A stretch of DNA of 64,000 bases from a candidate division WOR-1 bacterium RIFOXYB2_FULL_45_9. GTDB lineage: Bacteria > Margulisbacteria > WOR-1 > O2-12-FULL-45-9 > XYB2-FULL-48-7. Location of the stretch: positions 506,984 to 570,983 of the forward strand of contig MEUD01000001.1 of assembly GCA_001771575.1 (NCBI GenBank), in the 5' to 3' direction. The notes under the pieces were generated by a model, which did no database searches, was not told the origin of the DNA, and was given only the letters and a program-made list of their open reading frames with translations. The position numbers were made by a program, and so were the translations under genes. How positions within the stretch are numbered: position 1 is the stretch's first letter; the number at the start of each line of letters is the position of its first letter. This document shows, in pieces, positions 18,238 to 28,159 of the stretch.

Positions 18238-19094
18238 TGCCCCAATTCCTTGAACATCACTTTAACGTAGCGGTCGATCGCTTCTTCCCAGGTTGGGAGC
18301 GGCGCCAAACCGAGGTATTTTAAGTTCCAGTTATGCAGGATCTCGCAGTTGGGGACGTTCGCCCTGCGGGGGAAGGCGCTGGAATCGACCGCTTCGACCG
18401 CCGTCTTCAGGCCACAACTCTTAACGATCTGTTTAACATAGTCGGCCCGGCTCCCGCCGCCGGAATTGGTCACGTGGTAAAGACCGGTCTCGCCGGTCTT
18501 TACGATCTCATCGATCTTGGGAACCAGGTCTTCAACCAGGGTCGGCGTCCCGAATTTGTCTCCGGCCGATTTCAAGATCTGGTTCTTTTGCGCTTCCAGA
18601 TAGCGCTGGTAAACAAAATTCTTCTTATGTTTCACGCTCCCGCCGAAGAGCCAGCCGGGACGGATGGCGTAGGTACGGGGATTTTCCCGCAGGGCCAGGA
18701 CCTCCCCTTCATACTTCGAGCGGGCATAAACGGTCTTCAAAACAACAGGGTCATACTCGGAATAAGGCTTGACCTCGTCGCCAAAATAACCGCAGGAACT
18801 AATATAGATCAGCTCAATTTTCTGTTTAGCGCAAGCTCTGGCCAGTTGAGCCGAGGCCCAGCTGTTCAGTTTGTATGCCAGTTCCGGATCGTTCTCGCTG
18901 GCGTCAACGTGAAGACAAGCGGTGTGAAAAACTTGATCGGGCTTAAAAGCGGCCAGCGCGTCGGCGACCGCTTTTCGGTCCATGACGTCAAGCTCGGCAT
19001 GGGTCGGCGCTTTGACCTCCACCCCATTCGCTCGGTAGTAGCTTTCCAGCGCCGTCGCCAGCATTCCCTTGCCTCCGGTAATTAGGATCTTCAT
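18234..19094 (-). CDS. NDP-4-dehydrorhamnose reductase family (RmlD-like)
   Basis: MKILITGGKGML, YARSKYEGE, GTPTLVEDL. Confidence 0.85.
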   Translation of the reverse strand: MKILITGGKGMLATALESYYRANGVEVKAPTHAELDVMDRKAVADALAAFKPDQVFHTACLHVDASENDPELAYKLNSWASAQLARACAKQKIELIYISSCGYFGDEVKPYSEYDPVVLKTVYARSKYEGEVLALRENPRTYAIRPGWLFGGSVKHKKNFVYQRYLEAQKNQILKSAGDKFGTPTLVEDLVPKIDEIVKTGETGLYHVTNSGGGSRADYVKQIVKSCGLKTAVEAVDSSAFPRRANVPNCEILHNWNLKYLGLAPLPTWEEAIDRYVKVMFKELGQ

Positions 19095-19540
19095 CGGTGG
19101 ACCAGGCTCCAGTCGTATTTGATGTGGCTCTTGAGCGGATCGTAGCGGAGCATCTCGTTTTGTTCGTGCGGCTCGGTGGCGCAATTGGCGACGATTGCCG
19201 GTTTCACGCCGATAGTTTTGTAGCCGTTGACCACGCCGACCGGGATCCTGATCAACTGATAGTTGTCTTCACCGGTAAAGATCTCCATCAGTTCGCCGTA
19301 GGTCTTGGAATCTTTCCGTTCATCGTACATTACCAGTTTGATCATCCCCGAAATGACGGCGTAGAACTGGGTCTGCTTGGTGTGGAGGTGCCACCCTTTG
19401 ATAACCCCCGGATAAGCGACGGAAAAATAAACTTCGCCGAACTTCTCAAAATGCGGGTCAGTCGTTCGAAGCATGTGCAGGATCATCCCCCGCTCGTCCG
19501 GAATCTTCTTTAACGGAATAATTTTAACCCCTTCGATCAT
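19091..19540 (-). CDS. NDP-4-dehydrorhamnose 3,5-epimerase family (RmlC-like cupin)
   Basis: DERG, IKGWHLH, IPVGVVNG; SD GGAGG before ATG 19540. Confidence 0.85.
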   Translation of the reverse strand: MIEGVKIIPLKKIPDERGMILHMLRTTDPHFEKFGEVYFSVAYPGVIKGWHLHTKQTQFYAVISGMIKLVMYDERKDSKTYGELMEIFTGEDNYQLIRIPVGVVNGYKTIGVKPAIVANCATEPHEQNEMLRYDPLKSHIKYDWSLVHR

Positions 19541-19550
19541 GATTTCCTCC

Positions 19551-20585
19551 TTATTTTTTCGTCCAATAAAAATCTTGGTCGAGCTTGCCTTCTTTCTGCA
19601 GAAGGGCCAGGTGCTTGAGCCGGATAAATTTCTCCCCTTCGAACGCTTTAAGATCAAGGTTGTTCCGCTGGTAGGCGGCGTAAAGTTCCTCGACCCCTTT
19701 CAAAACGTTCCAGGTCGGCTTGAAGTAATCTTTCAAAACGGTGTTGATCTTGGTGAAATCAACCTTATATGTCCGGGTATCGGCCCCATGCTCGCCGGTA
19801 TATTCGACGCTGCAGCCGGGAATGACCTTTTTGACCGCGTCGGCCAGGTCTTTGACCTGGTAATTCTCGCTGTTCTGGCCGACGTTGAAGACCTGGTTGT
19901 GGATCAGCTCTTTGGGAGCCTTCAGGGCGGCGATAAAAGCGCGACTGAAATCCTGGATGTGGATCAGCGGCCGCCAGGGGGAGCCGTCGCTCATGATCTT
20001 GATCTTCCCGGCGGTGTAACCCCAGGCGGTCAGATTGTTGACGACCAGGTCGAGGCGGAGGAGCGGCGAAGCGCCGTAAACGGTGGCGTTCCGCATGAAG
20101 ACCGGGGAAAAATTATCATCAGCCAGCGGCGCGACCCCTTGCTCGGTCCCGATCTTCGATTTGGCATAGGCGGTCACCGGATTGAGTGCCCCGGTCTCGT
20201 CGATCGCCTTTCCTTCTTCGGCGATCCCATAAACACTGCAGGAAGAGGCAAAGACAAACCGGTTGACCCCGGCCTGCCTGGCAAGCTGGGCGCATTTGAC
20301 GGAGGCATCCAGGTTAATGACCTCGGTTATCCCGGGGTTGAGCTCGCCGATCGGATCGTTGGAGAGGCCGGCCAGGTGGATAACGGCGTCAATCCCCTGG
20401 AAGTCTGCCTCTTCGATCTGGCGGATATCTTTGATAATCTGCTTAATCTTAACTTTTCTTTTTTCAAATTCGCAGTCGTCAAAATAATTCGAATCGAGGC
20501 CGATAACGTCGAACCCTTCCGCCATAAGCATCGGGCACATGACGTTGCCGATATAACCATTATTTCCGGTAACCAGTACTTTCAT
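19551..20585 (-). CDS. NAD-dependent epimerase/dehydratase (probably acts on a CDP-sugar)
   Basis: VTGNNGYIG, HLAGLSND, YAKSK, LRLDLVVN; follows rfbF. Confidence 0.88.
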   Translation of the reverse strand: MKVLVTGNNGYIGNVMCPMLMAEGFDVIGLDSNYFDDCEFEKRKVKIKQIIKDIRQIEEADFQGIDAVIHLAGLSNDPIGELNPGITEVINLDASVKCAQLARQAGVNRFVFASSCSVYGIAEEGKAIDETGALNPVTAYAKSKIGTEQGVAPLADDNFSPVFMRNATVYGASPLLRLDLVVNNLTAWGYTAGKIKIMSDGSPWRPLIHIQDFSRAFIAALKAPKELIHNQVFNVGQNSENYQVKDLADAVKKVIPGCSVEYTGEHGADTRTYKVDFTKINTVLKDYFKPTWNVLKGVEELYAAYQRNNLDLKAFEGEKFIRLKHLALLQKEGKLDQDFYWTKK

Positions 20586-21367
20586 TGCCATTTCCTCCAA
20601 AACGCTTTATTTTTCAGCCAAAGATTGTTCAGATGTTCCGTTTCCCTGACCGTATCCATGCACTCCCAAGATCCCTTATGATCGTAAACCATCAGCTGTT
20701 TTTCTTCGGCCAATTTTTCCAGCGCCCCCAGTTCAAAGTCGCACGCTTCGTCTTCGGTTAAATAGTCGAAAATCTTCCGGTTGAGGACGAAATAACCACC
20801 GTTGATCAAACCGGCTGAAGCCTGTGGTTTTTCGGTGAATTTTTTCACCTGCCCGTTCTCCACGATCAAGTCGCCAAAACGGGAAGGCGGGCGGACGCCG
20901 GTCAACGTCCCGATTTTACCATGTTTATCATGAAAGGCGATCAGGTCCTTAAGATCAACGTCAGCAATCCCGTCACCGTAAGTCAACATGAACTTGTCAC
21001 CGTCAATGTACTTCTCGATCTTCTTGATCCTGGCCCCTTTGAGAGCGTTGAGCCCGGTATCGACCAGGGTCACCTGCCAATCGACCTCATCAGCCTGGTT
21101 GTGGTATGACACTTCCCGCTTGCCGTCAAGCTTGATGGTAAAATCGTTCATCAGGACGTTGTAGTGGTAGAAATAATCCTTGATCATGTCGCCTTTGTAG
21201 CCGAGACAGAGAACGAATTCGTTGAAACCGTAGTGCGCGTAGCCTTTCATGATGTGCCAGAGGATCGGCCGACCGCCGATCTCGACCAGCGGCTTGGGCC
21301 GCATTTCGGTCTCTTCCCTCATTCGGGTCCCTTTACCGCCGCACAGAATCACGACTTTTGTGGACAT
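20582..21367 (-). CDS. rfbF: Glucose-1-phosphate cytidylyltransferase
   Basis: LCGGKGTRMREET, PKPLVEIG, LTYGDG, WECMDT. Confidence 0.93.
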   Translation of the reverse strand: MSTKVVILCGGKGTRMREETEMRPKPLVEIGGRPILWHIMKGYAHYGFNEFVLCLGYKGDMIKDYFYHYNVLMNDFTIKLDGKREVSYHNQADEVDWQVTLVDTGLNALKGARIKKIEKYIDGDKFMLTYGDGIADVDLKDLIAFHDKHGKIGTLTGVRPPSRFGDLIVENGQVKKFTEKPQASAGLINGGYFVLNRKIFDYLTEDEACDFELGALEKLAEEKQLMVYDHKGSWECMDTVRETEHLNNLWLKNKAFWRKWQ

Positions 21368-21378
21368 ATTTGCTCCTC

Positions 21379-22374
21379 CTATACGTTATATATATCCGGC
21401 TTATACCTGTCAAGATTTTTAGCGATAAAATCGATCGTCTCTTTCAACCCGTTTTCCAGCGAGTACTTTGGCCGCCAGCCGGTATATTCCAGCGCTTTTT
21501 TATTATCGCTGATCAGTCTCATGACTTCGCTTTTTTCCGGCCTGACCCGCTGTTCGTCGCTGATAATTTCAACTTTTGTTCCCATCAAGCTGATGATCTT
21601 ATCGGCCAATTCCCCAACCGTCACCCCGCTCCCAACCCCCAGATTGATCACTTCGCCGCTACTCCGGTCACTCTCGGCAATATTAACAAATCCTTCAACG
21701 GTATCTTTAACATAGGTCAGGTCACGGACCGGGGTCAGAGAACCAAGCTTGATCTTTTTCGCCCCCGCCGCGATCTGGCTGATGATCGTCGGAATGACCG
21801 CCCGGGCCGATTGCCGGGGGCCGTAAGTGTTGAACGGCCGGCAGGTCGCCACCGGCAGGTTGAAAGAGCGGTAAAAACTTTCGGCGATCATGTCGGCGCC
21901 GATCTTTGAGGCCGAGTAAGGCGACTGCCCCTGGAGAGGATGTTTTTCGTCGATCGGCACGTAAATGGCGGTCCCGTAAGTTTCGCTGGTCGAAGTGTGG
22001 ACAAACTTGGAGACTTTTTGGTCCCGCGCCGCCTGCAAAACATTCAGCGTCCCCATGACGTTGGTCGAGACGTATGATTCGGGCGAGTAATAGGAATATG
22101 GAATAGCAATGAGAGCCGCCAGATGAAAAACGACATCGATCCCGTCCATCGCCTGCCGAACATTATAAGCTTCGCAAATATTTCCGGTAAAAACTTCTAC
22201 CTTAGCCAGTTCCGTCTTAGGCAAAGTCTCCAGCCAGCCCCAGTTGTTAAATGAATTATAAAGAACAAAAGCGCGAACATCGGCCCCCAGCACGACCAAC
22301 CGCTCGACCAGATGACTGCCGATAAACCCTTCCGACCCGGTCACTAAAACTTTCTTTCCTTTTAAATCCATCAT
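21379..22374 (-). CDS. legB: NDP-GlcNAc 4,6-dehydratase (LegB-like)
   Basis: YNSFNNWGWL, HLAALIAIPYSY, QSPYSASK, RPEKSEVMRL. Confidence 0.85.
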   Translation of the reverse strand: MMDLKGKKVLVTGSEGFIGSHLVERLVVLGADVRAFVLYNSFNNWGWLETLPKTELAKVEVFTGNICEAYNVRQAMDGIDVVFHLAALIAIPYSYYSPESYVSTNVMGTLNVLQAARDQKVSKFVHTSTSETYGTAIYVPIDEKHPLQGQSPYSASKIGADMIAESFYRSFNLPVATCRPFNTYGPRQSARAVIPTIISQIAAGAKKIKLGSLTPVRDLTYVKDTVEGFVNIAESDRSSGEVINLGVGSGVTVGELADKIISLMGTKVEIISDEQRVRPEKSEVMRLISDNKKALEYTGWRPKYSLENGLKETIDFIAKNLDRYKPDIYNV

Positions 22375-22386
22375 TTTCGCCCCTTT

Positions 22387-23091
22387 TTATTCATATTTTA
22401 ACAGGTCACTGACCAGGCTCTTGGGGAGCCGGACCAGCCGGTCCAGGATTATCAGGTCGTAGATCGAATTGACCATTCGGGAATCGTGGAAATCCAGCTC
22501 GCAGTAGCCGATCCTCGCCTCCGGCCCGCCGCGCCACTTTTCACTCCCAAGATTATACGCGTAGATCCCGCCGAGCTCTTCAAACTTCTTGACCGCCCGT
22601 TGCCGGCTCGTCCGCTCCTTGTCGATCATTAATTTCAGCCCTTTTGGCCCCTCTTCCCAAAAATAATTCTGATGGCCGAAAAGCGGAATGACCAGGTCGT
22701 TTTTTTCCGCCTGATCAAGGAAACGCTGGATCAACTCCCTGCTTTTAAACGGCGCGTTCGGGTAAAGATTGAGCAGGTAATCAAACTTCTCCCCTTTGGC
22801 CTGGAAATGAACCAGCATCTCTTCAATGATCGGCACCATGACGGTATTTTCCGCCGCCAATTGTCCGGAGCGGAGAAAAGGAACTTCAACGCCAAGCGAA
22901 CAACAATAATCGGCAATTGTCTGGTCTTCGGTCGAAACGACCAGCCGGTCGATAAAATCACACGCCTGCGCCGCCTTGATCGTGTAATAGATCAAAGGCT
23001 TTCCACCAAGCTCGCGCATGTTCATTTGCTTCAGTCCGTCATGCCCGCCGCGGGCAGGGATCAGGGCGATAACTTTTTTTCCTTTGTGCAT
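22387..23091 (-). CDS. Acylneuraminate cytidylyltransferase family (NeuA-like, divergent)
   Basis: ALIPARGG, GKPLIYYTI, VVSTED, VPFLR. Confidence 0.8.
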   Translation of the reverse strand: MHKGKKVIALIPARGGHDGLKQMNMRELGGKPLIYYTIKAAQACDFIDRLVVSTEDQTIADYCCSLGVEVPFLRSGQLAAENTVMVPIIEEMLVHFQAKGEKFDYLLNLYPNAPFKSRELIQRFLDQAEKNDLVIPLFGHQNYFWEEGPKGLKLMIDKERTSRQRAVKKFEELGGIYAYNLGSEKWRGGPEARIGYCELDFHDSRMVNSIYDLIILDRLVRLPKSLVSDLLKYE

Positions 23092-23093
23092 AA

Positions 23094-23966
23094 TTATTTG
23101 ATCCGTCCTTCGGTTTTAAGGAGATCGGCCAGTCCAGCCGCAAAATCGTAGCGCGGCTCCCACCCCAGTTCCAGGCGGGCCCGGGTAATATCGGCGACCG
23201 TGTCCATGATCTCGTTTTTCCGGCTCTTTCCGGCCGATTCAATCGGTTTCCGGCGGCCGCTAAGCTTGAAGATCAGCTCCACCGCTTCGCCAACCGAATA
23301 AGAAGCGCCGCACCCCAGGTTATAGGTCCGCGTTCCCGGCGCGTTCGACTGGCAGGCGCGCCACATCGCTTCGACCACGTCCTTTATGTAAATGTAATCC
23401 CGCTTCGGATTGAGGTCGGCCACTTTGATCGCCGGCGATTCCGAATAGAGCTGGGCAATGACCGAAGGAATCAGGAACCTGGGGCTCTGCCCCGGACCGT
23501 AAACATTAAAATTCCGCAGGATTGAAGCGGCTATCCCAAAATCCTCGCTGTAAGCGGTGACCAGCTGTTCGCCAATAAGTTTGCTCCGGCCATACGGATT
23601 ATTGATCATGACCGGATGAGTTTCATCGATCGGCAGAGTTTGCGGCCGGCCGTAAACATATGAGCTGGAATAAATAATCCGTTGGACCCGATTAAGACGA
23701 CAATATTCCAGGAGATTGAGAGTGCCAAGCAGGTTATCGCGGTAAATAGGGAACGGCTTTTCAAACGCGGTCTGGACGTTGGTATTAGCGGCCAGGTGAA
23801 CGACGATCGCCGCCGGCGGCAGGGCCAGTGTCTGTTTCAGGTCAAGCAGATCGTGCCCCAGGGAGAGATCGCATTCAATAAGCTCAACCGCTTCGGAACG
23901 GAGGCGTTCGATAAGCGACCGGCCGATAAAGCCGGCGGAACCGGTGATCAAGATCTTATTTGCCAT
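23094..23966 (-). CDS. NAD-dependent epimerase/reductase
   Basis: ITGSAGFIG, YGRSK, RDYIYIKD. Confidence 0.88.
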   Translation of the reverse strand: MANKILITGSAGFIGRSLIERLRSEAVELIECDLSLGHDLLDLKQTLALPPAAIVVHLAANTNVQTAFEKPFPIYRDNLLGTLNLLEYCRLNRVQRIIYSSSYVYGRPQTLPIDETHPVMINNPYGRSKLIGEQLVTAYSEDFGIAASILRNFNVYGPGQSPRFLIPSVIAQLYSESPAIKVADLNPKRDYIYIKDVVEAMWRACQSNAPGTRTYNLGCGASYSVGEAVELIFKLSGRRKPIESAGKSRKNEIMDTVADITRARLELGWEPRYDFAAGLADLLKTEGRIK

Positions 23967-24660
23967 TTTCAATCTTCTCCAATAGCTCTATCGCTTTTTC
24001 GTAATCTTCTGCCCGGCCGATATCGAACCAGAAGCCCTGGATCTTATGAGTAATAACTTTTTCCCCATCACCGGTCAGCAGCTTTATGACCTCGGGAAAA
24101 TCGATCCGCTGGCCATTGATGTGCTTAAAAACTATCGGAGATAAAACGTTAATCCCGGCGCTGATCAGATAATTTTCGACCGGTTTCTCTTTCACGCCGA
24201 TAAATTCACCTTTCGGCCCGCTCTCAACCACTCCGTACGGGACCTGCATGGCGTAATCCTTGACCCCCAGGGTCAAAGCGGCCCCCGCCTGTTCATGGCC
24301 GGCCGCCAGCGCGGCGACGTCGACCCGGTTAATGATGTCGGCGTTAATGACCAGGAACGAACCGGACAGATCCGTTTTTATCTTATGGATCCCGCCGATC
24401 GTCCCGGATTTCGCGTCTTCCTTGACCAGTTTGATCTTCACCCCGTATTTCTTTTGATAATCGAGGCAGACCTGGAACTTTTCATGCTGATAATAGACCA
24501 GGATAAAGACCTCTTTGATCCCCTGCTCCGCCAGGCCGCGAATAATATATTCGATCACCGTGTAATCGCGCAGCGGCAGAAGGGGCTTAGGTATAGCGTA
24601 GGTCAAAGGCCGCAAACGGACCCCTTCACCACCGGCCATGATCACCGCCTGTTTGATCAT
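23956..24660 (-). CDS. Sugar-phosphate nucleotidyltransferase (PtmE/LegX-like catalytic domain)
   Basis: MAGGEGVRLRPLT, PKPL, VPYGVV, WFDIG. Confidence 0.85.
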   Translation of the reverse strand: MIKQAVIMAGGEGVRLRPLTYAIPKPLLPLRDYTVIEYIIRGLAEQGIKEVFILVYYQHEKFQVCLDYQKKYGVKIKLVKEDAKSGTIGGIHKIKTDLSGSFLVINADIINRVDVAALAAGHEQAGAALTLGVKDYAMQVPYGVVESGPKGEFIGVKEKPVENYLISAGINVLSPIVFKHINGQRIDFPEVIKLLTGDGEKVITHKIQGFWFDIGRAEDYEKAIELLEKIENGK

Positions 24661-25361
24661 TTTATTTTCCTCGGATGGCTGGGACCGGTCTTATATTCCA
24701 ACCCATATTTGGCAGCGATCTGACAGCCGGTCGCTTCGATCAATTTGGTATTATCGCTCATGCTCGCGCCGTGGACCCGGTATTCGAACAACGGCCCGGC
24801 CAGGTGCCGGCCAACGATCTTGTTTTTCATCAGCCGAAGGATGAGCTCATAGCTCTCCAGCGTCGGTAAATTTTCGTCATACAGGCCGACCCGGTCAAAA
24901 AGTGAGCGTCTAAACATCGTCCCGCCGCTTAAAAAATCTCCCCGGCCAAGGAGCTCGTCGCGATCAAAGGCGGGCAGTGTTTTACGGACCGTTTCTCCGG
25001 TCTCTTCAATTAAATAGTTGTAGTCGGGATAAACAAAATCGACCGGCTCTTTATCCAGAACGGCCGCTTCTTTGGCCAGGATCCCCGGATAGAAAATATC
25101 ATCGGCATCGAGCCGGATCACATATTCCCCCCCGGCCTTTTTAATCCCAATATTACTGGCATTCGCCAATCCCTGCCCGGTCTGCTTGATGATCTTGATC
25201 TTATCCCGATAGCCGGCCAAAACCTGTTCAGTGCTGTCGCCCGATGGCCGGTAAACCACCAGAATCTCAAAATCCGGATAATCCTGCGCCAGGGCGCTGT
25301 CCAGCGCCCCTTTCAGGTATTGTCCGTAATTATAACTTGTTATGATAACGCTGACCTTCAC
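24657..25361 (-). CDS. Glycosyltransferase family 2
   Basis: VSVIITSYN, RLDADD. Confidence 0.88.
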   Translation of the reverse strand: MKVSVIITSYNYGQYLKGALDSALAQDYPDFEILVVYRPSGDSTEQVLAGYRDKIKIIKQTGQGLANASNIGIKKAGGEYVIRLDADDIFYPGILAKEAAVLDKEPVDFVYPDYNYLIEETGETVRKTLPAFDRDELLGRGDFLSGGTMFRRSLFDRVGLYDENLPTLESYELILRLMKNKIVGRHLAGPLFEYRVHGASMSDNTKLIEATGCQIAAKYGLEYKTGPSHPRKIK

Positions 25362-26423
25362 TTAGATCATGCTCCAATTAAGGATCTCGTCTTCGTTAAT
25401 GTTGACCTTGGCTTCGCGCCCGACGATCTGTTCCAGGAAACGGGGATAGATCCCGGTCCCGGGCCGCTTGCAGGCAAGCATCGACGCGGTGATCCTGGTC
25501 CCCTTTTTGATCGGCTTGATCGCGACGACACTTTTCCGCGCTAAGGCGTGAGCCTTGGCTTCCGCTTCGTAATATCCGCTTAGGGATGTGCCGATCGCCG
25601 ATTCAACCCGGCGGACATCTTTCATGAAACCGGGCAATTCTTCCGCGCTTAAGGAAAGCCCGTGGTCGGGACTGTCGGGTAGACTTTTATCTACAGTGTA
25701 ATGTTTCTCGATCGACCGCGCCCCCATGGCAACCGCCGCCAGCGGGATCAGGCTCCCTAAAGTGTGGTCGGAATAACCGACCGGGATCTCCGGGAAGATC
25801 TGCTTTAAGCGGAGCATTTTGGCCAGGTTGGCATCTTTATCCTTGCAGGGATAACTTAAAACACAGTGCTGGAGCGCGACCTGCTTGTTCCCGGTCTGAA
25901 AGATCGTCTGCAGGGCGTCTTCCACTTCGCCGATGGTGCAGGCCCCGGTCGAGAGGATGATCGGCTTACCGGTCTCGGCAACCAACCGGATCAGCGGCAA
26001 ATTGGGGACCTCGGCCGAAGCGATCTTATAAAAATCAACGTCGAGCTTGATCAGAAATTTCGCGCTCTCCATATCAAAGGGTGAAGAAGAAAAAGCGACC
26101 TTCAGTTTTTTGGCGTATGCTTTCAGTTCAAAGTAAGCGTCTTTGGGAAGCGAGTCGACTTTCTTGAACATGTCGTACTGACTGCCGCCGCCATCGGTAT
26201 CAAGCTTTGAATCCCAGTAGCGGGGCGCTTTCCGGGTGCTGATCCCCCCGGCAGTGTAAGTCTGGAACTTGATCGCGTCGGCCCCCCCGTCTTTGGCAGT
26301 TTTGATCAGGTCTTTTGCTCTTTGGACATCATTATTATGGTTAACGCCGGCGTCAAGCAGGATCACGCAGTGGTGATCTCCCCCTAGTTTAACGCCGTTC
26401 CCAAGATTTATCGCTCTTTGCAT
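25362..26423 (-). CDS. N-acetylneuraminate synthase family (NeuB-like)
   Basis: DAGVNHNN, ADAIKFQTY, KIAS, GYSDHT, IEKH, C-terminal SAF domain (KRPGTGI). Confidence 0.9.
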   Translation of the reverse strand: MQRAINLGNGVKLGGDHHCVILLDAGVNHNNDVQRAKDLIKTAKDGGADAIKFQTYTAGGISTRKAPRYWDSKLDTDGGGSQYDMFKKVDSLPKDAYFELKAYAKKLKVAFSSSPFDMESAKFLIKLDVDFYKIASAEVPNLPLIRLVAETGKPIILSTGACTIGEVEDALQTIFQTGNKQVALQHCVLSYPCKDKDANLAKMLRLKQIFPEIPVGYSDHTLGSLIPLAAVAMGARSIEKHYTVDKSLPDSPDHGLSLSAEELPGFMKDVRRVESAIGTSLSGYYEAEAKAHALARKSVVAIKPIKKGTRITASMLACKRPGTGIYPRFLEQIVGREAKVNINEDEILNWSMI

Positions 26424-26432
26424 GTTAGCCTC

Positions 26433-27170
26433 CTATTTGAACTTGATCTGGTTTTTTATTTCCGCCGCCGCGACCGGATCGTTTACGACCCGGGGATATT
26501 CCGTTAAAGTCTTGCAATACGCGACGACTTCTTGCAGGGATGGGATCCGGCCGAAATGGTCAAAGATCTTTTGGATAAAGATCAGGTCCGATTCGTAATC
26601 GACGGTCAGCCGAAGTTCCGGAAAGCGGTGTTCCGGTCTCACTTCGTAGAGAGTATTTTTAATGAATGGGGCCATTTCAAAAAAGTAGGTCATGTATTCG
26701 GTCAGATCGTGCGACAGGGTCCGGCGGCTAAGTTCGCGCAGGGCTTCGGTCCGGATCACTTCGCAGGCGGTCCCGAGCGGCACCCCCATTTGGCGGGAAT
26801 AATCCCCCCGGTTCGCCTTCATGTAATCGAAGCATTCGCGCATGGTCAGGAAATCGGTCAGCGGGTTATCGCCGGTGATCCGGACGACATATTCTGATGG
26901 GACAAGGGCTGTCGCTCCCAGAAACCGGTCGAGAACATTTTTTACTTCACCGCGGTAACATTTCACCTTTTTGGCCCGGCAAAACTCTTCGACTTTGTCG
27001 TCCGAGGGATTGACGGTCGTGCAAATAATAAAATCGTCCAGTTCCTTGGTCGCCAGTAAACGGTCGACCAGGACCTCCAAGAGCGGTTTGCCGGCCAGCG
27101 GACGGAACGCTTTCCCCGGCAGACGGGTCGATTCGGTCCGGACCGCGACCAGTCCAACGATCTCTTTCAT
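26433..27170 (-). CDS. SpsF-like cytidylyltransferase
   Basis: STRLPGK, NVLDRF, VRITGDNP, LRLTVD. Confidence 0.85.
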   Translation of the reverse strand: MKEIVGLVAVRTESTRLPGKAFRPLAGKPLLEVLVDRLLATKELDDFIICTTVNPSDDKVEEFCRAKKVKCYRGEVKNVLDRFLGATALVPSEYVVRITGDNPLTDFLTMRECFDYMKANRGDYSRQMGVPLGTACEVIRTEALRELSRRTLSHDLTEYMTYFFEMAPFIKNTLYEVRPEHRFPELRLTVDYESDLIFIQKIFDHFGRIPSLQEVVAYCKTLTEYPRVVNDPVAAAEIKNQIKFK

Positions 27171-28159
27171 CGTAAATTCTCCTTCAAAATAATTTCTCCG
27201 GCCGGCAAGTCCAGTTTCAAGGTCCGGCCGATAAGTCCGGTTTCATTCCGATGGAACGGCCGGTCAATCGCTTTGAAATCGATCCGCAGGAACCGAATGT
27301 CTTTCGCCGCTAGTTTTTCGCCCGCTTTCAGGTCGCGTCCGGCAACAGCACAGCGCCGGTATTTTTTCCGGTATTCCTGCTCCAGTTCGCTAAGCGAATA
27401 ATTCGACTTACCCAGGGCGGCGGCGGTCATTTCCAGGTCCGCTTTGAGCTGGTCAAGTTCGGCCGGATCAAAAGCCGATTGCCAATCGTATTTGGTCTTT
27501 AAATCCTTCAGGAAAACGTGTTTTTCTATTGTACACGCCCCTTTCAGTAATGCCAAGCAGGGTAAGGTCCGGGCAAATTGGGTCTCCCGGCCAACGTGGT
27601 CCATATAACCGACCGCGCAGCGATAGCGCTCTTTCAAAAAGGTCAGGCGGTTGAGATTGGCTTCCTCCGCCGGGGTCGGAAAGTTTTGAAAACCGACCAT
27701 CAGACAAACGGTCCGCCCTTTGGCCAGTCTCATGACCCGGTCGATCTCCGGCAGGGTCGCGCCGCCGGTCGAGAGCATCAGCGGCAATTTGGCTTTGACG
27801 ATCTTGGCGATCAGCGCCAGGTTATCGAAATCCATGGCATGGATCTTCACGAAGTCGACCCGGCATTTAAGGGCCAAAGCGAGCGATTCTTCGCCGTAAA
27901 CGTCGAAGGCGACTTTTTTACCGGTCTCTTTCACTTTACCGATCAATTCAACCCAAAGCTCAGTCTTAAATTCCAACTCTTTAAAGATCTGGTACTGGCT
28001 GTGCCGGGCGGAAATAAATTCCGCCGCGATGATCGGCTGGAACTTGACCGCGTCGGCCCGCGACTTAAGCAGTTGGGAAAGCAATTGCCGCAAATACTTT
28101 TCGTCCCCGCCGTGGCAATTGGCGACTTCGGCAATCAGAGAGGGAAATATAAACTTCAT
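27167..28159 (-). CDS. N-acetylneuraminate synthase family (divergent NeuB-like)
   Basis: AEVANCHGG, ADAVKFQ, LSTGG, GYMDH, IEKH, SAF tail. Confidence 0.85.
   Translation of the reverse strand: MKFIFPSLIAEVANCHGGDEKYLRQLLSQLLKSRADAVKFQPIIAAEFISARHSQYQIFKELEFKTELWVELIGKVKETGKKVAFDVYGEESLALALKCRVDFVKIHAMDFDNLALIAKIVKAKLPLMLSTGGATLPEIDRVMRLAKGRTVCLMVGFQNFPTPAEEANLNRLTFLKERYRCAVGYMDHVGRETQFARTLPCLALLKGACTIEKHVFLKDLKTKYDWQSAFDPAELDQLKADLEMTAAALGKSNYSLSELEQEYRKKYRRCAVAGRDLKAGEKLAAKDIRFLRIDFKAIDRPFHRNETGLIGRTLKLDLPAGEIILKENLR

Noticed and set aside
6807-20681. Long plus-strand ORFs (6807-7910, 367 aa; 18333-19085; 19473-20681, 402 aa)
   Set aside because: Fully antisense to well-supported SDR genes; typical codon-bias shadows with no motifs
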